From contig JAUFOQ010000001.1 of assembly GCA_040285855.1 (NCBI GenBank), forward strand, positions 806,001-870,000: a DNA stretch of 64,000 bases, written 5' to 3'. Numbering within the stretch: position 1 is the stretch's first letter; the number at the start of each line of letters is the position of its first letter. The notes beneath the pieces were generated by a model that saw nothing but the letters and a program-made list of their open reading frames with translations, did not search any database and was not told where the DNA came from. This stretch comes from Eukaryota sp. GEM-RC1 (taxonomy: Eukaryota). Both the position numbers and the translations under genes were made by a program. Shown piece after piece: positions 61,461 through 64,000 of this stretch.

Positions 61461-62176
61461 GTGTCCTCTTCTTCGCTTGTATATCTACCCAAACAAATCT
61501 CTTTGGGGGATGTCCTGAAACCTCAAATGCAGCGACAGCTCAAGACCAAAAGGCCTCCTAGGGATCCATTCTCTTTTGATTACAAGTCGGCAATGGTTGA
61601 TTTTCTAAACAATTCTAAATTTTCAAAAATGACACTAAGGGATTTTAAAAACATTGTGTTTATGGATTGTGATGATGAACTTCTTGATCAGGATGTAGTA
61701 AATCTTTTGATTTACTGCCAATTACAAGAATCACCATTTGTTCATATAAAATATATAAAAACAATCCTTGTTGTCCTAAACCATGAACCATACATGGATT
61801 CTACATCACACATCATCTGGTGTTGTCCAGAGTACCGTGTGCACTTACTATGACATCCAGAGGTCAACCTCTGAAAAATTAGTGATGTCTTTTGAACAGA
61901 CATCACTCAGTCCATGGAACTTCCGTCCATCTCTCCTAGAACATGCTGATCTACAGCAGTATGTCAATCATGCGGAGAAGTCCATCTTACTTGAGGACTT
62001 CCGCAAGTCCAGTAGCTATGTTGCCTTCATCAACATTGTTATCAACAAAGTTATCTTTGTACACTTATCTTAGGACAAATCCCTCCTGTGAGTTCTCTGA
62101 TGAAGAGATAAACAGGATCCAAGAGCTGCACAGCTCTTTGGATAATGTTTATACCATGTGTTTAAGAGTGATTTAA
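61461..62176 (+). pseudogene. Orphan ORF broken by frameshifts; function unknown
   Basis: Three overlapping plus-strand ORFs with no recognised motif. Confidence 0.4.
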
Positions 62177-62297
62177 CCACGTATGACGTTAATGTGTTGT
62201 ACAACTCATACAGAATTAACATGTAGAAGACTGTTCTTACTTCATGTCTTCTTCAACAACAATGTTGTTGAAACTACTTTTACATAGATAAAAATCT

Positions 62298-62348
62298 GTT
62301 GAAGTTCTGAGTGGAAGAAATTCCTTCTTCCACTGAATAGAACTACAA
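62298..62348 (-). other. Conserved 51-bp hairpin element (second copy at 17416-17466, + strand)
   Basis: 44/51 identical. 10-bp inner stem AGTGGAAGAA/TTCTTCCACT with compensatory changes between the copies. Confidence 0.7.
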
Positions 62349-62582
62349 AAACACAGTAATAGCTAACGGAAAACAACACAGAAGTTTTATGTTCTTTCAG
62401 CTTGAATGCTTAAAATGAATTATTGAACATGAATTCTGCGTGCCAACTGAAATCCTTTTTACCTTCGCATGAGTATGTTTCTAGTTTCGTCGGTGCTGTA
62501 GTGTTTTCTACGTGTTGTATTGGTGTAGCATTGTGTAGTGTAGTTTTACTTTCAGTCTTATAGATCCATAAGAAAACAGTAT

Positions 62583-64000
62583 TTTGATGCTCGTATTTCT
62601 ATTCATCAGCATTTTTATGTTAGTTTTGATATCAAAACACGATAATGGAAGCAATTTTTTTTATTTAAGTTTCTCCGAAATCCACAATTAAATGAACAAA
62701 ATTTACTTTTGAACCAACAAACCATCTTATTTTCGATACTCAGATTAAATCCCAATGCCGACACTAGTAAAGCCCTGAACAAGACGCATCGAGTATCTTA
62801 ATTACAGCTTCAGTAATTCTTCAGTGTGGAGTTTCCGAATCATCCTTCTGTTAGTAAAATCGTTACATAAACTGACATAGCTAATCTATGAAAGTGAATT
62901 TCATCCGTGGCAACAATCAAAGAGCTCTGATGGATACAAACAAATGTGGGCATCGTTAGCTAGCCCTTGGTTAAAGGAGAGGAAGAACTCTCCATAATAC
63001 AATGATCAAAAGTCAGATCAGTCTACTGTCTTTCTCCATTTGTTTTCAATGAATGCACTATAAGTATCACATACTGAGCAATATTCTATTCGATATCAAA
63101 CTATATCCCCATCCATGACACTCCTCTGAATGTTGATGATTTTCATCTTCATATTTTTGATTCCCCTAGCTTTCGTCTCACTAGCAAAGAGAATTCTACT
63201 GAGGTATCCTAAAGTAAGAAACACCTGAAACCCATATACAACCAGGAAACAGGGGGACACTTGGAATTCCTTCTTTTCTCCATCTTCCACGTTTGCAGTT
63301 ACTGTCGAAATAGCGTTCCAAAGTGTAGCTGTAAAAGAGGAACTCAAAGAATCGGTATAGAAAACGGTATAAAAACTACATGCATAATGCTGAACCTCTG
63401 CTGAAGATTAGTCGTTCATTTGATGATAATATAACACTGACTAGCAGTTAAGTGTTCAATGTTTCCTCCTTTTCTGGTATCTTCTCCCCGCAACCTAACT
63501 CTGATACACTGCCTGCTCCGTTGTCACTGCTTACTTCTTCCTCCAAGTACTTACGTTTACAGCAGACTTTATTGATCTTGATCAATCTTCACTTACATGT
63601 AAGTCCTCTCTCAACGTCAATTATAGAGACCATCGTGGAGACTTAGTCTTCATCTCCGTCATTTGAAGTAAGAATTATCGTCATTGTATAAAAAAGGTGA
63701 CTATGTGATCCGCCGTTTCTTTGAATCTACTCATCAATCAGTCAACGTGTTTCTTCAATCAAACACGTTACATGTGGTTTATAAAGACCTTCCTCAACTA
63801 AATTCATTTGCTCATCTCTTTGGAGCAGATGTACGGTCTGTTTTCTTGCACGGAATTGGGAAATTTATAGTGGAAGAATTTCTTTGTTTTTTCACAAGAT
63901 TAGGGTATTGTAATTAAAGTTAGTTAATGACAATGACTTGGAATTCCTGAACACATCATTTCTGTTTATGTCCGTTTCTTTTTGATGCTCGTATTTCTAT
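62583..64000. repeat. Segmental duplication, copy B (order Y-X-Y..., ~1.4-kb period, runs off the window)
   Basis: TTTGATGCTCGTATTTCTAT occurs at 62583, 63981 and ~58347. Confidence 0.85.

Noticed and set aside
1..64000. Prokaryotic origin suggested by the YR, IS630-like transposases and pPolB; also rRNA or tRNA genes
   Set aside because: BTB, RING, importin-alpha, LTR elements, low coding density and TTAGGG repeats indicate a eukaryote. No rRNA or tRNA signature was seen by eye.

Overview
AT-rich, apparently intron-free eukaryotic DNA. It reads in the standard code and carries TTAGGG-type repeats. It is probably a protist; the gene families recall metamonad-like flagellates, but that is a guess. 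The window is dominated by transposon remnants: two nested Mutator/MULE elements with TIRs and 9-bp TSDs, TA-target Tc1/mariner/pogo derivatives, two IS630/Tc1 remnants that each carry a homologous convergent passenger ORF, hAT and non-LTR remnants, several Ty3/gypsy fragments, and degraded protein-primed DNA polymerase B and tyrosine recombinase genes (possible Polinton-like virus relic). One Ty3/gypsy element is nearly intact (24219-31121). It has identical 91-bp LTRs, a 4-bp TSD, a single gag-pol-chromodomain ORF and no tRNA-type primer-binding site. The 11-mer that follows its 5' LTR (ATAATTATTGT, palindromic with the LTR end) also follows a different ~72-bp LTR at 9571, which suggests a family with a non-canonical priming mechanism. 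This is the strongest novelty candidate. Host genes are two expanded, ubiquitin-ligase-linked families with variable putative sensor domains (BTB-coiled coil-SPRY, 4 copies; RING-kinase-coiled coil-LRR, 2 copies plus a fragment), a divergent importin-alpha-like gene and a MUS81-like winged-helix fragment. No rRNA, tRNA or CRISPR array was seen. All calls come from reading motifs by eye; no searches were run.
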